NCBI GenBank assembly: GCA_002633005.1
Contig: NMRA01000034.1
Location: forward strand, 1,228,012 to 1,292,011
Reading direction: 5' to 3'
Length of the DNA stretch: 64,000 nt
From: Phoronis australis
Lineage: Eukaryota; Animalia; Phoronida
Below the pieces are notes generated by a model, which saw only the letters and a list, made by a program, of their open reading frames with translations, searched no databases and was not told where the DNA came from. Shown here one piece after another: positions 63,719-64,000 of this stretch. The position numbers and the translations under genes were made by a program. The first letter of the stretch is position 1; the number at the start of each line of letters is the position of its first letter.

Positions 63719-64000
63719 TTATGGTGACTTAAGTCTTTGTTACAAGTTTTTCGTTAAGTCACACGCAGCGTTATATGGAAATAAACTTTTGCTTTGTTTA
63801 AAGGCTTTAACTTCAGTGAGTTTACTCTGTATGACCCTAGTTTGACATCATGGTAAAACGCTATGGACTGAGTGAAGCTTGCTACTTCACTCATCTCCTC
63901 AAACTCAATTGCAGATTGCAGTGTACTCTTTCAATCTCAAGGGCTGCATGGAGCTTTAATTAAAGCTGAATTTTTACGAACTGTCCAAATATGAACATCT

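Overview
Eukaryotic (metazoan, probably invertebrate) AT-rich genomic DNA. Three spliced protein-coding genes were reconstructed by hand from GT-AG boundaries with consistent phases: METTL2-like tRNA m3C methyltransferase (+, 10 coding exons, 362 aa), SENP1/2-like SUMO protease (-, 19 coding exons, ~694 aa, 5' end uncertain) and FAM185A-like (+, 9 coding exons, 398 aa). METTL2 and SENP are tail-to-tail. SENP and FAM185A are head-to-head around a CpG-rich region at ~47-48.3 kb. Introns and intergenic DNA hold many non-autonomous mobile elements: MITEs and foldbacks, tRNA-derived SINE-like heads, Penelope relics with inverted terminal repeats and hammerhead-like cores, and minisatellites. The most notable feature is a Helentron/HINE-like repeat family whose ~150-bp subunits each carry a CTCF-consensus-like motif. 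Every copy seen lies sense to its host gene, so the motif arrays converge on the SENP/FAM185A promoter. There is an assembly gap at 44948-45183. No prokaryotic-type systems were seen. Family assignments come from motif recognition, not database searches, and repeat boundaries are approximate.
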